From the IMG/VR virus record IMGVR_UViG_3300035670_000086, positions 1-64,000 of that record: DNA of 64,000 bases; one strand, given 5' to 3'. This DNA comes from a virus. The position numbers were made by a program, and so were the translations under genes. Each line of letters opens with the position of its first letter. Within the stretch, counting starts at the first letter, position 1. Shown here in pieces: positions 43,601 to 53,321 of the stretch. The notes beneath the pieces were generated by a model. It was not told the origin of the DNA, made no database searches, and saw only the letters and a program-made list of their open reading frames with translations.

Positions 43601-45220
43601 TACAATAGGGTCATCTTTTTTTATTGTTAAATATACATGCAAGCCTAAGGCGAATGGCTTTTTCTCATCTGTAGGTGATGTAGTTGCCCAAGACTGTGGA
43701 AGCATTCTGGTGTAGAATCTATACACTCTTTTGTATGGACCGTCTTTTAAAATGCTAGAGACTGTTGCCGCTCCAGACCAAATGTTTCCTTGATATTGAT
43801 ATCCCGATAAATCTTTTACATAAAAGTATAGATTGTTTTGTATGTATGCTGGAATACTAAGCGTTGTTGCTGGTAAGGAATCGCTGGTGCTATATATGTC
43901 ATAATATTGATATGACCCTGCCGCAGAAACTATTGTTGTTGGGAATACCACTTCTACAGTTTCTGCACCTCCAGAAGCATCTCGAACAGTTTCGTGTGTT
44001 TGTGCAACAAAACCACTAGCAGAAATAGAATTAGTTCCAGCACCAGAAACTAACCATTTGTTATGAGAACCCCAAATTGAAGCGTTGAAATCACCGGAAC
44101 TCAAAGGCATAACAGTATGAATTACAGTGCTTGCTCCTAGGACTGCACCGGATGGGACTACCCAAGCAATTTGACCCAAATAATCTGATGTTGGGTCTGG
44201 AGTTCCTTTAGGGATTGATGCCTCATAATAAACTCTAGTTTGCACAGTATTATAATTTGTGCTACTAGGTTGAGCGGACACTACTAGTAATCCAGTTCCA
44301 ATTTCTGCGACTGAAATATTTCCTGATAATTGTCCATTTTGGGGGTTTATTTCAAAGGTTGTTCCTGTGGTCACAAGGCCAAAACTTCCACGCCTGAATG
44401 CGTTAGTCGGAGAAATAATTGGATTTAATGTTTCAATAGGTAATCCTAATTCTACTAACCACGGATTTGCAGCAGTTGTGCCGTAAGATAATGTAGGTAC
44501 AGGATCTGAACTTCCTCCATTCCCTCGTTGAGTTGTAGGAGCATCAATACCTGTTTCACCACTAGAAAGACTTTGCCAAGTTTCAAGTGATCCAAGATTA
44601 GTTACTTGAATTGTCCAAGTAAATTTTATAGAAAAATCTTTTGTCTTTTCAATCGGTACGAATTGTTTGTATGCTACAAGGACAGACTCTTTTGTACCTG
44701 TAGTGCCAACATTATCGGAAAATAAACCTACCTCTCGAACAGTTAAACCATTTGCTGTTTTCTTATCTATGTTTAAAGTAACAACTACAGATGAATCATT
44801 TTTAACAGTGACTTGACTATCAGCAATTGTTATAAAAGAATTTAGTTCTTTAGAGTACTGTAAATTTTTTGATGATATAAATTCTTCTAAAGCAACTAAA
44901 GAATAGTGCTCAGAAACTCTAAAAGGCAATCCTGTGCCGTAAGCTGATTTATTTAGAGGAGAATTTAGTTTAAAGAAATTATATCTAAGTTCTGAGTTAG
45001 TATCAATTTTTTGATAATCAACGACACCTGTACCTAGTTGTGCATATCTTATAGAATAAGGATTTTTAGTTTGCCGAGATCCAGACAACAACATCGAGGT
45101 TATTGTAATGCCCATTCCTCGGGTAACAATATTATTATATTCCCCAACTTTCTCTACGAAATCTCCGTAGTCCTTATAAACCTCTAGTTTGCCTTGTACA
45201 GAATTTTTTAAATAACTCAT
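40700..45220 (-). CDS. 1506-aa fibre/appendage-like structural protein
   Basis: N-terminal about 205 aa has a tail-collar-fibre-like NIV..G...VREVGLF...LVAYK.F.PIEK...F.WTI domain also seen in 63879..64000; remainder a large Y/G/N/S-rich region. Confidence 0.7.
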   Translation of the reverse strand: MSYLKNSVQGKLEVYKDYGDFVEKVGEYNNIVTRGMGITITSMLLSGSRQTKNPYSIRYAQLGTGVVDYQKIDTNSELRYNFFKLNSPLNKSAYGTGLPFRVSEHYSLVALEEFISSKNLQYSKELNSFITIADSQVTVKNDSSVVVTLNIDKKTANGLTVREVGLFSDNVGTTGTKESVLVAYKQFVPIEKTKDFSIKFTWTIQVTNLGSLETWQSLSSGETGIDAPTTQRGNGGSSDPVPTLSYGTTAANPWLVELGLPIETLNPIISPTNAFRRGSFGLVTTGTTFEINPQNGQLSGNISVAEIGTGLLVVSAQPSSTNYNTVQTRVYYEASIPKGTPDPTSDYLGQIAWVVPSGAVLGASTVIHTVMPLSSGDFNASIWGSHNKWLVSGAGTNSISASGFVAQTHETVRDASGGAETVEVVFPTTIVSAAGSYQYYDIYSTSDSLPATTLSIPAYIQNNLYFYVKDLSGYQYQGNIWSGAATVSSILKDGPYKRVYRFYTRMLPQSWATTSPTDEKKPFALGLHVYLTIKKDDPIVGLDFKISNGNYDYRGIDAGKGIGTVLQNENQVLGNFYYSDLWFEVSSGVSAVSELERFSNVDWGNVYGDVNRYGLVNNFESIPEWIIRTQGKEGYFPSDTDEELTAEQKVLGFNIHGIGKVKKFHRRFRLFPVDNSYVTYSYAKEMGQFGDVAFPNRKRTWWTIPKWGPTKDLAPLINDDFVGQKSFNDTHFGNQVGDYFDNGPYKLFTNVDGMAGYNIISDNLYKYFEENTKYGLCRYEQPSNANPGGNYGSIGTRGTNFHNFYAYTPTSPAYYQGTDVNNSEYNWMYRVKTPHTVMGSRNLDIGGLALVHLYKGMFLSNNYLRLLNAESHFITDRYYGIFDFSGVPISAGQVMTHYGITSTTTTPTTIYEWGYGGYPGCRVIENNGKPFLFPKIYGSKKSNSKLCEPYEDSNLSNIVKLKDNPSTNSQGNIIYGELLNYNLVNACKYSYFSMPFNGATIFDGTNIAGYRPASPEHSSRVFPLMHAITTLTNDEMWKEEFESIAGFYSILMNPYPSSVVLSIPTNLGGGNAYSTNYSLTNFYSVLRDNPSGRGNGALGQFSNVRFLAFGIGGPAMYYQIASNNWRNQNQVLFEYAASALNYSYIPQNGLIGGLHLSKQTGASPNPQDIEQILAAGNTFSSIPTNPSKGYWLYNPSGKAYALGTNDGQVSWEPAPDSNYPTLTQAGQPNLYLQGGIYSASSYWVTVMQSHYQVYLFRCLVKSVKEFDPVISSGLNNACSSVARTLFLDSAFHNFSGCAEMPELPTLLSQYSGGTLLSILGRNPGAYGNVLTSFTINGNPLSSVDPNKTIAAPPEFLVCNTNSWHYPAWKRGTDIYGKGNFTIGNPASGFSGGDFNKFPSRSGFARNTDGHSTIAIGAIIAAGDNLSNLTSSNEFLNKSAWFNSNYNTISNVLDPAWSTADYLTSMTYALNKARTVPMGENNPAGLFYVAPLIAYIQYALKLNGNNT

Positions 45221-47508
45221 GATAATTCATCCATAATTTCTATATTATAATAGAATCGTTCTATTTCCCCAGTCGAACTAAAAGTGAATTTAGGAGACGG
45301 TATATAAGTCTCTACATTAACAGTAAAGGATCTCATTAAAATTCTATCCTCTCGGTCAGAAACTGTTAAAGTAGATTCGTCAGTTTCTTCAGCTAAGGTG
45401 GCTTTCGTATTGTCCGATATTGATGTATTTAGTTCGTAGGAGGGATTAAATAGTAATTGTATTTGTTCTGTTAACTGGTCCAAGTCTGATTTATACTTAG
45501 ACAATATGGTGACCTTGTATGATATATCTACTGGCTTAGGAGATAAACTTACAACTCTTCTTGCTCTTTGGATACGGTCATCCCAAATAGACTCACTTAC
45601 CACTAATGGGAAATATTTTTGTCGATCTGTGGTTATTTTTGTTGACGGCTGCGATATTGATATTATTGGTAGGATTAAATTATCTTCCTGTATCTGTTTA
45701 GCTATCGAGCGTTCTGGGTTTGCGTAAATACATTTTACGGACTGAAGTTTATTTTCCCAATCTATTAATTTAAACTGGGAGAACACATGTCGCATGGATC
45801 TTAGAGTGTCCTTGTATGTTAAAGATATATTACTCTCCTGATCCACGGTTTCCAATAGTAACTCTCTAACTCTGTAAGACGCATCTTTAGACGGAACAAT
45901 TTCGTTTACTGTGTTGCGTTGCTTATAGTTAATTGGCTTGATACTAGTAGTTTCTGATGCTGAAAGATTATCTGTAGTTTCTGGGATGACATCTACTAAA
46001 TAATTTTCTGAGTAGAACCGCTCAATCTTGCCAGTAGAACTAAACACAAATTTCGGAGCAGGAATATAAGTTTCCACCGATATCGTGTAAGTTCTAATTA
46101 ATACCCTATCTTCACGATCTCCAACTGTAAGAGATGATTCACTTGCCTCTTCTACAAGTTTTGCTTTTGTATTGGTAGAGATACTAGTTTGTAACTCGTG
46201 TGATGGATTAAACAATAAGTTTAATTGTTCACTTAGTTGATCTAAATCACTAGCGTACTTAGCAATGAAACTTACTTTATAATTAATGTCTATCGGACGA
46301 GGAGCTAGACTAACGACTCTTGTTGCCCGTTGCTTCCGATCATCCCAAATAGATTCGCTAACCACTAATGGAAGATATTTTTGTCGAGCATTGTTTACTG
46401 TTGCTGTAGGTTGAGTAACAGATATAATCGGGAAAATTAAATTTCGCTCTTGGTCAATTTTAGCTATTGCCCGTTCTGGGTTTCCATAGAAGCAAGAAAC
46501 AAGTTGAGTCTCCTCACTAGAGTTTAAGATTTTAAACTTAGATAAAGAGGAATGTACAGCACGCAAAGTATCTTTAAATACTAGTGAAATGTTTGCTGAT
46601 TCTTTTGCAGTCTCTAATATTAGCTCTCTGACACGATAAGAAGCGTCCTTCTCTATAGACACAGTGTTGGAAGCATTCTCTCCCGTTCTAGGCATCTTTA
46701 TATATAAAGTTTCTTGTGATGCATCTACAGCGGAATCAACAGGCATTTCTTCTACAACATTAGAATCTGTATTAAATCTTTCTATTTTGCCTGTAGAGCT
46801 AAAAACAAATTTCGGACTAGGAATATAAGTTTCTACTGTGATAGTAAAAGTCTTAGTCAATACTCTATCTTCTCTGTCTGCTACCTCTAAAGCAGATTCG
46901 TTTGTCTCCTCTATTAACACGGCTTTTGTATTGTTTGCAAAGCTAGTTTGAAGTTCACAGGAAGGATTAAATAGTAAGTAGATCTGTTCTGATAACTGAT
47001 CTAAATCATTTTTGTATTTTGTAAATACTGAGATCTTGTATGAAATATCAACTGGCTTGGGAGCTAAACTAATAACTCTACTAGCTCTCTGGCGACGATC
47101 ATCCCACTTAGATTCACTAACAATCAAAGGAACATACTTACGACGATCAGGTTTCGCTACCGTGGTTGGCTGAGATACCGATATTAGTGGGAGAATGATA
47201 TTTTCTTCTTGTATAATCTTGGCTATAGAACGCTCTTGATTAGCCGTTATACACTTTACAGCCTGTAAAGACTCATCAGAATTGATAACATTCAGCCTAG
47301 AGAACAAACTTCTCATAGACCGAAGAGTATCTCTGTAGACTAGAGATATATTATTCTCAGCAGAAGATGCCTGCTCTAAATACTCCCGTATGCGATACGA
47401 TGATGATTTACCTGTGATTAGATCAGGCAATAATTGGATTTCCGTAGGCTTACCTACGATAATCGGAATTTCCTGTGGTCTAACTTGCCCAAGTAATGTT
47501 AAAAACAT
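45217..47508 (-). CDS. gp15: tail terminator/sheath stabiliser (T4 gp15-like) with three tandem copies of the domain
   Basis: Three repeats spaced 253 and 254 aa, each with ILP.IS.SQ, P.P.DI.Y, DLDQL.EQ..LLFNPS, DREDR.L, VETYIP; follows gp13 and gp14. Confidence 0.8.
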   Translation of the reverse strand: MFLTLLGQVRPQEIPIIVGKPTEIQLLPDLITGKSSSYRIREYLEQASSAENNISLVYRDTLRSMRSLFSRLNVINSDESLQAVKCITANQERSIAKIIQEENIILPLISVSQPTTVAKPDRRKYVPLIVSESKWDDRRQRASRVISLAPKPVDISYKISVFTKYKNDLDQLSEQIYLLFNPSCELQTSFANNTKAVLIEETNESALEVADREDRVLTKTFTITVETYIPSPKFVFSSTGKIERFNTDSNVVEEMPVDSAVDASQETLYIKMPRTGENASNTVSIEKDASYRVRELILETAKESANISLVFKDTLRAVHSSLSKFKILNSSEETQLVSCFYGNPERAIAKIDQERNLIFPIISVTQPTATVNNARQKYLPLVVSESIWDDRKQRATRVVSLAPRPIDINYKVSFIAKYASDLDQLSEQLNLLFNPSHELQTSISTNTKAKLVEEASESSLTVGDREDRVLIRTYTISVETYIPAPKFVFSSTGKIERFYSENYLVDVIPETTDNLSASETTSIKPINYKQRNTVNEIVPSKDASYRVRELLLETVDQESNISLTYKDTLRSMRHVFSQFKLIDWENKLQSVKCIYANPERSIAKQIQEDNLILPIISISQPSTKITTDRQKYFPLVVSESIWDDRIQRARRVVSLSPKPVDISYKVTILSKYKSDLDQLTEQIQLLFNPSYELNTSISDNTKATLAEETDESTLTVSDREDRILMRSFTVNVETYIPSPKFTFSSTGEIERFYYNIEIMDELS

Positions 47509-47524
47509 GTATCACACCTAAACC

Positions 47525-48094
47525 TCAATCGGGTCGGCTATTTAAGACACCACCTAGTTCTTTACTAATATCTGTAAGTGGAGTGTTTTGAATATCAGGA
47601 GAATCACGAAGGATCTTAGCTGTGCAAACATAGTGATACACACCATAAGCCTCAAAGCTATCTTCCTGCACTTCAAAAATCTCGTACATCACATGCTGAA
47701 AATGTGGTTGAATCAAATCCCCCGGAATAGGAGATCTACCTATTCTACGCTCAACATATGACTTGTTGAATGTAAAAACTTGATCGCTGGTTAATTGAAT
47801 ACCAAACTGTGTTAAGTTTTCTTCTATTACTTTAGGATCATAGTGAGAGTATAAAGTAATTGGAGATCTTGCAATCGGCTTATTCTTCTGTTCCATATAG
47901 ACATCATCATACTCTTCTGATCTATGGAACTTATAGTAATTTACCTTTGATCCAGACAGTCTAATTTGTTCGTCATCAACCATATTGAAGAATCCAATAT
48001 CAGGATTCCGTTGGTCGAACAAACTAAGTTCGCTATCCACATTTGCGGATTCTACTTCTGGAATTTTAGTTGTTACTTTAAAATTCTTTTTCAT
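47525..48094 (-). CDS. gp14: neck protein (T4 gp14-like)
   Basis: EQIRLSG..V.YY, DDVYME, LTQFGI, PIPGDLI, YEIFEV. Confidence 0.8.
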   Translation of the reverse strand: MKKNFKVTTKIPEVESANVDSELSLFDQRNPDIGFFNMVDDEQIRLSGSKVNYYKFHRSEEYDDVYMEQKNKPIARSPITLYSHYDPKVIEENLTQFGIQLTSDQVFTFNKSYVERRIGRSPIPGDLIQPHFQHVMYEIFEVQEDSFEAYGVYHYVCTAKILRDSPDIQNTPLTDISKELGGVLNSRPD

Positions 48095-48954
48095 TAGTAT
48101 AGACTAAACCCGGGGGGTTCCTCAAATTCAGACATGAGTTGTTTATCTAGTAATTCTAATTCTTTTTCACTCTGTTGAAGTAGGGCATCTCCGTTTAATT
48201 GAGATCCGCCCCCCGGCCCGGGCAATGTTCTATACTTACCACGAACCTGACCTAAAATACCTTTGCATACAGCTAATGCGTATCTTTGAATAAAGTTTCT
48301 GTACGCTGGGTGAATTGTGCCAGAATCAATCGCACGATATTGTACAATGACAGTATCGGTAAAAGCTGGAACAGGATATAGCTGAAGATACTGGTTGTTA
48401 AGGATATCAAAGGAACCATCTTGTCCTAAGATCTTTCTCATCTGCTCCAAACTGATTTGAAGTAGATTAAACTCACCTATGCTAAAGTCGTTGAACAAAA
48501 AGTTTTGTTGGAAATACTTTAGGAAGTAATCTTGTTCTAAAGTTTGTCCCATGCCCGGAATACCTATCAAATCTTTCTTGTAAACAACATATGTTATATT
48601 ATCAATAACATAGTTTGGTAGCTCGTAAGTATTAACTCCGGGAGTAGTTTTAAATGTCATTAACTGAGCAGTACACAGGGGTGCATGAAAAGATAACTTA
48701 GTTATGGCTTCATCAATAGCTATCTTTATTTGGTAATCAGTAAGCTCTACTCTTATTGTAGGATATCCGAGTCTACCCAAAACAAAAGATTTTATTTGGT
48801 CTTCAAATTGTGTTAGTTCTACAGGATCTTGTAACCCAGTTTCGTTTAAACTAGAAGTTATAATATCCCCTTTTGGTTTTATAGAAAAAACATTATTTCC
48901 GTAAGGAATTCCAAAGCTGTTACCATAACTACCAGTTTCAGGTTTTATCTGCAT
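48094..48954 (-). CDS. gp13: neck protein (T4 gp13-like)
   Basis: RLGYPTIRVELT..QI..AIDEA, YALA..K.ILG..RGKY, PGG..QLNG. Confidence 0.88.
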   Translation of the reverse strand: MQIKPETGSYGNSFGIPYGNNVFSIKPKGDIITSSLNETGLQDPVELTQFEDQIKSFVLGRLGYPTIRVELTDYQIKIAIDEAITKLSFHAPLCTAQLMTFKTTPGVNTYELPNYVIDNITYVVYKKDLIGIPGMGQTLEQDYFLKYFQQNFLFNDFSIGEFNLLQISLEQMRKILGQDGSFDILNNQYLQLYPVPAFTDTVIVQYRAIDSGTIHPAYRNFIQRYALAVCKGILGQVRGKYRTLPGPGGGSQLNGDALLQQSEKELELLDKQLMSEFEEPPGFSLY

Positions 48955-48985
48955 ATGTACACACGACCCCTAGGATTATATAGCT

Positions 48986-49026
48986 AAAAAAGAAAGAGCC
49001 AGAGAGATTTTATTTCTCTCTGGCTC
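48986..49026 (-). terminator. rho-independent terminator after the major capsid gene
   Basis: GAGCCAGAGAGA/TCTCTCTGGCTC stem then TTTCTTTTTT. Confidence 0.88.
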
Positions 49027-49052
49027 GATTGTTTACCCTAAGGTAACTCTAC

Positions 49053-50585
49053 TCACTTAGTAGCTTTTGCGAAGGGGTAGAGCATGTAGTTTGAAGCAGT
49101 ACCAACGATTCTAATTATTCTGTAGAATCTTTGAGCAGGTTGGATTGCCATCTTGCCGTAGCGGGTCAAGATACCCTTTCTTGGTTGGAAGGTTTCAGGG
49201 TCAGTTATTGTTGGTAGTGACTCGATTGGGATGTATGGGCAGTAAACGAATCCACCGTCCATAGGGCTTCCACCCTTGTAACCCATCAAAATCTCGTCTT
49301 CAGGCCAGAGTGGGTCGATGAAGAGATCGTACTTACCAGCGAACTTACCACGGTACTCAATCTTGTTAGCACCCATGTTTGTGATGCCTTCAGTCTTGGG
49401 ACCGATACCACCTTCGAGCTTGGCAGCGGATTCCATCATTGCACCAACCAATGGTGATGTGATAATCCAGTTACCGGGGCCACGATGGGTTGTCTTGTAA
49501 ATATCTTGTGATGCAAAGTTCATTACACCCAAGAGATTAGCGTAAACTTGGCCCATGTGTTGAGGAGCAAAGTTTGCAGCGCATGCGGTTAGGTCAACGA
49601 TGAAAACATTGCTGTCGACTGCTGCGCCGTAAGCATCTGTTGGCATTGTGCCTTGACCATATGTGAATGATGCTGGGGTGAACCCTGTGCCTTCTGGGCC
49701 ACTGCCACCGATAGCACCAAAGTTATTTGAATTGGAGTTATCTAGTGAAGCGTATGTCCAGTTGGGGTTGTATGTTGCACCAGTGACATTGTAAGCAATA
49801 CCACGGAGGTCTTCGATCAACTCGCGGTCGATTTCGAGTTCCAATTCCTTTGACATGAGTTCAGTCAACTCACGCTCAAGGTCAAGGTTGTGATATGCCT
49901 TGAGGTCTTGGCTGGCTTCAATTGTCCACAATGCACGCATCTTGCGTGTACGGGCAACGACAGGCTGCTGCTCAACACTGATGTTGAGTTCAGGAATACC
50001 AGAACCTGTTAATGCTTCACCTGCTGAAACTGACCAACCTAGGATTGTGTTTGTTGAAGGCCAAGCTGCGATTCTACCACCGTAAGTAGTAGTTGCCCAA
50101 CCAGTGGCAGATGCACCAGAAGTTCCGTAGAGCTTCTCTGTGCTGACACCAGTCAATGCACCAGTGTACAATCCACCAACTGTGCTACCTTGAATGGTGC
50201 TAGTTGTTAGGCCCTGATAGGTTAGGTTGTACTTGCTGTACAACTGCTGCTTAGTTGCACCGTATTGACGGGCTGAACCTAGATAGAAGATCTGTGATAC
50301 TGGACCTTCCATAGGCTGAACTGAACCGATCTTGTTGAAGATCAATTCAGGGAACACTCTACGAACGAGTGGGAAGGCGAACTTTTGGAAAGTGCCTAAA
50401 CGACCAGCAGTGGTTGCACCTGCTGATAAGTCTTCGTTAACCTGTTGGGCAACGATTGACTTCGCTTGGTTCTCTAAGAGAATAGCGGTAACTTTAGCTG
50501 TGTACTGGTCACTAATGCCTTCTAGTACTGGTGACCACTTTTCAACTAACTTATTGTGGTTGAGATTAGTTAATGTATCGGACAT
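49053..50585 (-). CDS. gp23: major capsid protein (T4 gp23-like)
   Basis: KWSPVLEG, LLENQ, PLVRRVFP, VQPM.GP, ARTRKMRALWT.E..QDLKAYH, EIDRE, YCPYIP, FQPRKGILTRYG; GAGGA SD before ATG 50585. Confidence 0.96.
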   Translation of the reverse strand: MSDTLTNLNHNKLVEKWSPVLEGISDQYTAKVTAILLENQAKSIVAQQVNEDLSAGATTAGRLGTFQKFAFPLVRRVFPELIFNKIGSVQPMEGPVSQIFYLGSARQYGATKQQLYSKYNLTYQGLTTSTIQGSTVGGLYTGALTGVSTEKLYGTSGASATGWATTTYGGRIAAWPSTNTILGWSVSAGEALTGSGIPELNISVEQQPVVARTRKMRALWTIEASQDLKAYHNLDLERELTELMSKELELEIDRELIEDLRGIAYNVTGATYNPNWTYASLDNSNSNNFGAIGGSGPEGTGFTPASFTYGQGTMPTDAYGAAVDSNVFIVDLTACAANFAPQHMGQVYANLLGVMNFASQDIYKTTHRGPGNWIITSPLVGAMMESAAKLEGGIGPKTEGITNMGANKIEYRGKFAGKYDLFIDPLWPEDEILMGYKGGSPMDGGFVYCPYIPIESLPTITDPETFQPRKGILTRYGKMAIQPAQRFYRIIRIVGTASNYMLYPFAKATK

Positions 50586-50593
50586 AATATTCC

Positions 50594-51214
50594 TCATTTG
50601 GCTTTTGGCATTAGAGCCATTACACCTTCAGTCAAGAACTGGTTGTTTACCTTAGACACTTTCTTAACTGGAGTATGTTGCATCTCGTCGGCAATAATTA
50701 CTGCCTTCTCTGATGTCTTGAATGGAAGTGAGGCTTGTTCTGTTAATTGTTCTACTTCCTCCTCAAGATGTACGGTTTGCTCTTGTAGAGCTTTGTTCTT
50801 CTTAGAAATAATCTTCACAGTACGCTCTAGTTGTTGTATTTGCGTTACTGCGTTGTTTAGTTCTTCTATGAGAACTTGGTTTTCTTCTTCGACTTGGCTC
50901 TGCTCCTTAACTACTTGAGCAACTGCACGCTGCTCATCCTTTTCGTTAAGTTCTAAAGCCATAAGAGATTTTATGCTTTCAAAGAGTTGTGCGTTGCGAT
51001 AGACATCACTCTCTTCTTGTAGTTCCCGTAAAGCGTGTTCTTTTACGGATTGAATCTCCATACGCAAGAAGCCTTTTACTTTAGCTTCTAGTAAATTAAC
51101 TCTTTGATTAACTTCTTCCTTGATTACGGTGTCTACCAATTCGGCAATTTGGTTTACTGCCTCCTCTGACAAACCTTCTGGAAGTAGTTCGGCTATTGAT
51201 TTTACTTTTGACAT
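50594..51214 (-). CDS. gp22: prohead core scaffold (T4 gp22-like)
   Basis: Glu-rich coiled coil between protease and capsid genes. Confidence 0.75.
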   Translation of the reverse strand: MSKVKSIAELLPEGLSEEAVNQIAELVDTVIKEEVNQRVNLLEAKVKGFLRMEIQSVKEHALRELQEESDVYRNAQLFESIKSLMALELNEKDEQRAVAQVVKEQSQVEEENQVLIEELNNAVTQIQQLERTVKIISKKNKALQEQTVHLEEEVEQLTEQASLPFKTSEKAVIIADEMQHTPVKKVSKVNNQFLTEGVMALMPKAK

Positions 51215-51232
51215 AAGTTCTCCTAGAGTCTA

Positions 51233-51240
51233 TATTTATC
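51233..51240 (-). promoter_or_regulatory. putative late promoter (GATAAATA)
   Basis: Intergenic, upstream of scaffold and capsid genes. Confidence 0.5.
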
Positions 51241-51272
51241 TATAAATGATAAAATAAAATACTTAGATTTTT

Positions 51273-51977
51273 TTATTTTTTGTAGCGATTAACGATTTTA
51301 TCTATTTCACGAGCAAGGGATTCAGCCTTGCTTATTTCTTCTATATTTACATCCTCAATGATTTCCTGAGGCTTGTATTTTAAATCTAGCTTATTTTTAA
51401 GTAGCGTAACTAATACATTCTCTCTCAAAGCCTGTTGCTTAGTCTTCTGTTTTAATAATAGCGTAGATTCTGAGACAGATGGGAATGCTCCTCTTGTGCT
51501 TGGGTCTGCAACTAGGTCGAAGGTTACCATTTTATAATCTTCTTGAACCTCTTGCTTACCCGGAGTATCGTCACATTCCTTTAAGCTACCTAGACCACGG
51601 CTTGAGATACCGATTCTAACACCGTCTTTAATTAACTGTTGTGCAACCTTACCAGCAGGAGTATTAAGCAATTCAGCTTCTCCAATTAGTTTGTTACCAT
51701 CCCAATCTAATTTTGTAATTAAGTGTGAGACATTTGTTAATTTAACAGATGTATACTCAGGGTGATCTAGTTCACCTAGCAATCTTCTCTCTGTAATCAT
51801 AGGCATTAGTTTGCCCATCTCACGCTCTAATAACGACTTCTTGTAGCGACGATTGTTATTATTAAACTCATCGGCTCTACCGAAGATGCCTGCTACACGA
51901 ACCAAACCATTACCTGATTTAGATTCGTTGATTACTCGTACTGAGTCTGTACCAAAAAAGTCTGTTAATAGATTCAT
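51273..51977 (-). CDS. gp21: prohead protease (T4 gp21-like)
   Basis: N.N.R.Y, LGELDHP, VSHLI, TPAG, GISSRGLGS, FDLVADPS. Confidence 0.95.
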   Translation of the reverse strand: MNLLTDFFGTDSVRVINESKSGNGLVRVAGIFGRADEFNNNNRRYKKSLLEREMGKLMPMITERRLLGELDHPEYTSVKLTNVSHLITKLDWDGNKLIGEAELLNTPAGKVAQQLIKDGVRIGISSRGLGSLKECDDTPGKQEVQEDYKMVTFDLVADPSTRGAFPSVSESTLLLKQKTKQQALRENVLVTLLKNKLDLKYKPQEIIEDVNIEEISKAESLAREIDKIVNRYKK

Positions 51978-51986
51978 ATTAAATTC

Positions 51987-52265
51987 TTACCTAGATCCTG
52001 TTCTTCTTCCAGACCGTCTTCTAGCCGTCGCGTTTCCAGCTCGTGATGCTGGAGTTCCAGCAGCCACTCCGGGATGTAAGTCTGTCGATGTTGTACCACT
52101 AATTTGTCTTGATATCAATTTTTTAGTTCCTTTCCCCGGATAGTTTGTTGCATGCTTCAACATTCCGGGAGTTAATAAAGGACGAGGTTTTTTTAATTTA
52201 GGATTACCAACCTCATTAATTTGAGCTTCAACTAACAAATCATGTATTCTTTGAATGTAATTCAT
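51987..52265 (-). CDS. putative internal head protein
   Basis: MNYIQRIHDLLVEAQINE leader; basic body. Confidence 0.7.
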   Translation of the reverse strand: MNYIQRIHDLLVEAQINEVGNPKLKKPRPLLTPGMLKHATNYPGKGTKKLISRQISGTTSTDLHPGVAAGTPASRAGNATARRRSGRRTGSR

Positions 52266-52266
52266 A

Positions 52267-52782
52267 TTAGCAATTCCACTTTCTTAATGCTTTGTTTATT
52301 CTGCTATTAGGATTCTTAGCAGTCTTTGCGGATGTTCTGCGCTTCTTCATCCCACCCATTCGAGCGCAGAATGATTTTCTTCTCTTAGCAGCCTTTGAAC
52401 CTTTTTTAAGTTTTGATGGCTTGGTGGTTACAGCAGTCTTTAATTTTGAACCGGGGTTTTCTCTACGATAGGATTCAACTCCCTTTTTATTTAGACCACC
52501 GGAAGGATTTTTTCCCTCTTTTCTTTGCCAAGCTGCTACTTCTGTTATTAGATCACCTATTCTTTCAATAGAATCTTCAACTCTTGCGGCTCTACGACCT
52601 GCACTCTCTTTCTTAGCAGCTTGTAATTTATTTAATTGAGCTTGATGTGCAACTCTTGTTGCTGATTCAGCAGGTGTGCCCTCAGCCTCTTTTCTTTGTT
52701 TATAAAGAGCTTTTGCTACTCTCGTAGCTCTTTTTATTTTTTTTTCATTTATTAAATTTACTATCTGTTCGTAGATGTTCAT
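52267..52782 (-). CDS. putative internal head protein with DUF6321-like C-terminal domain
   Basis: MNIYEQIVNLINE leader; AAWQRKEGKNPSGGLN...RRKSFCARM...INKALRKWNC. Confidence 0.75.
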   Translation of the reverse strand: MNIYEQIVNLINEKKIKRATRVAKALYKQRKEAEGTPAESATRVAHQAQLNKLQAAKKESAGRRAARVEDSIERIGDLITEVAAWQRKEGKNPSGGLNKKGVESYRRENPGSKLKTAVTTKPSKLKKGSKAAKRRKSFCARMGGMKKRRTSAKTAKNPNSRINKALRKWNC

Positions 52783-53321
52783 TTTGATTTTGGTACGCAA
52801 TTTGGAACCTTGCGCCCACCTTTCATCTTCATTCCGATAGCTTCATAACCTTTCCAACAAGGACCTTTTTTCTCATTTAATTGAAAAGATTCTCTAATTA
52901 GTTTTGTTATGTATCCGTAATAAGTTGATTCATTTTCTCCGGGAAGCGGTGCATCACTTTTGGCAAATTTAGAGGTGTCCATTGATGTAGCCTTCTTAGC
53001 TGATTTTTTTGGTTTTGCGGCGCGTCTTTTCTTTACTTTTGGTTTAGGTTGTTTAGGAACAGGAGCAGCATCTTTTTTCTTAGCAGCTACTCTAGCTCTA
53101 ATTGCTGCTCTTCTATCATCTGCATTTAAACCTCCCTCATACTTTCCCCTCAATGGATTCCATTGTCCTGTATAGGGGTTAGCTGGTTTGGATGAAAGTA
53201 GAGTTCCCATCGCTCTACCAATTCTACCAAGAAGTTCATCTATTCTTTCTTGTTGTTCTTGAGACTCTACAATAATTTGATCGCCTGAGATTACCTCAGT
53301 TATTCTGTTGTAATAATTCAT
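52779..53321 (-). CDS. putative internal head protein
   Basis: MNYYNRITE leader; C-terminal PCWKGYEAIGMKMKGGRKVPNCVP module. Confidence 0.72.
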   Translation of the reverse strand: MNYYNRITEVISGDQIIVESQEQQERIDELLGRIGRAMGTLLSSKPANPYTGQWNPLRGKYEGGLNADDRRAAIRARVAAKKKDAAPVPKQPKPKVKKRRAAKPKKSAKKATSMDTSKFAKSDAPLPGENESTYYGYITKLIRESFQLNEKKGPCWKGYEAIGMKMKGGRKVPNCVPKSK

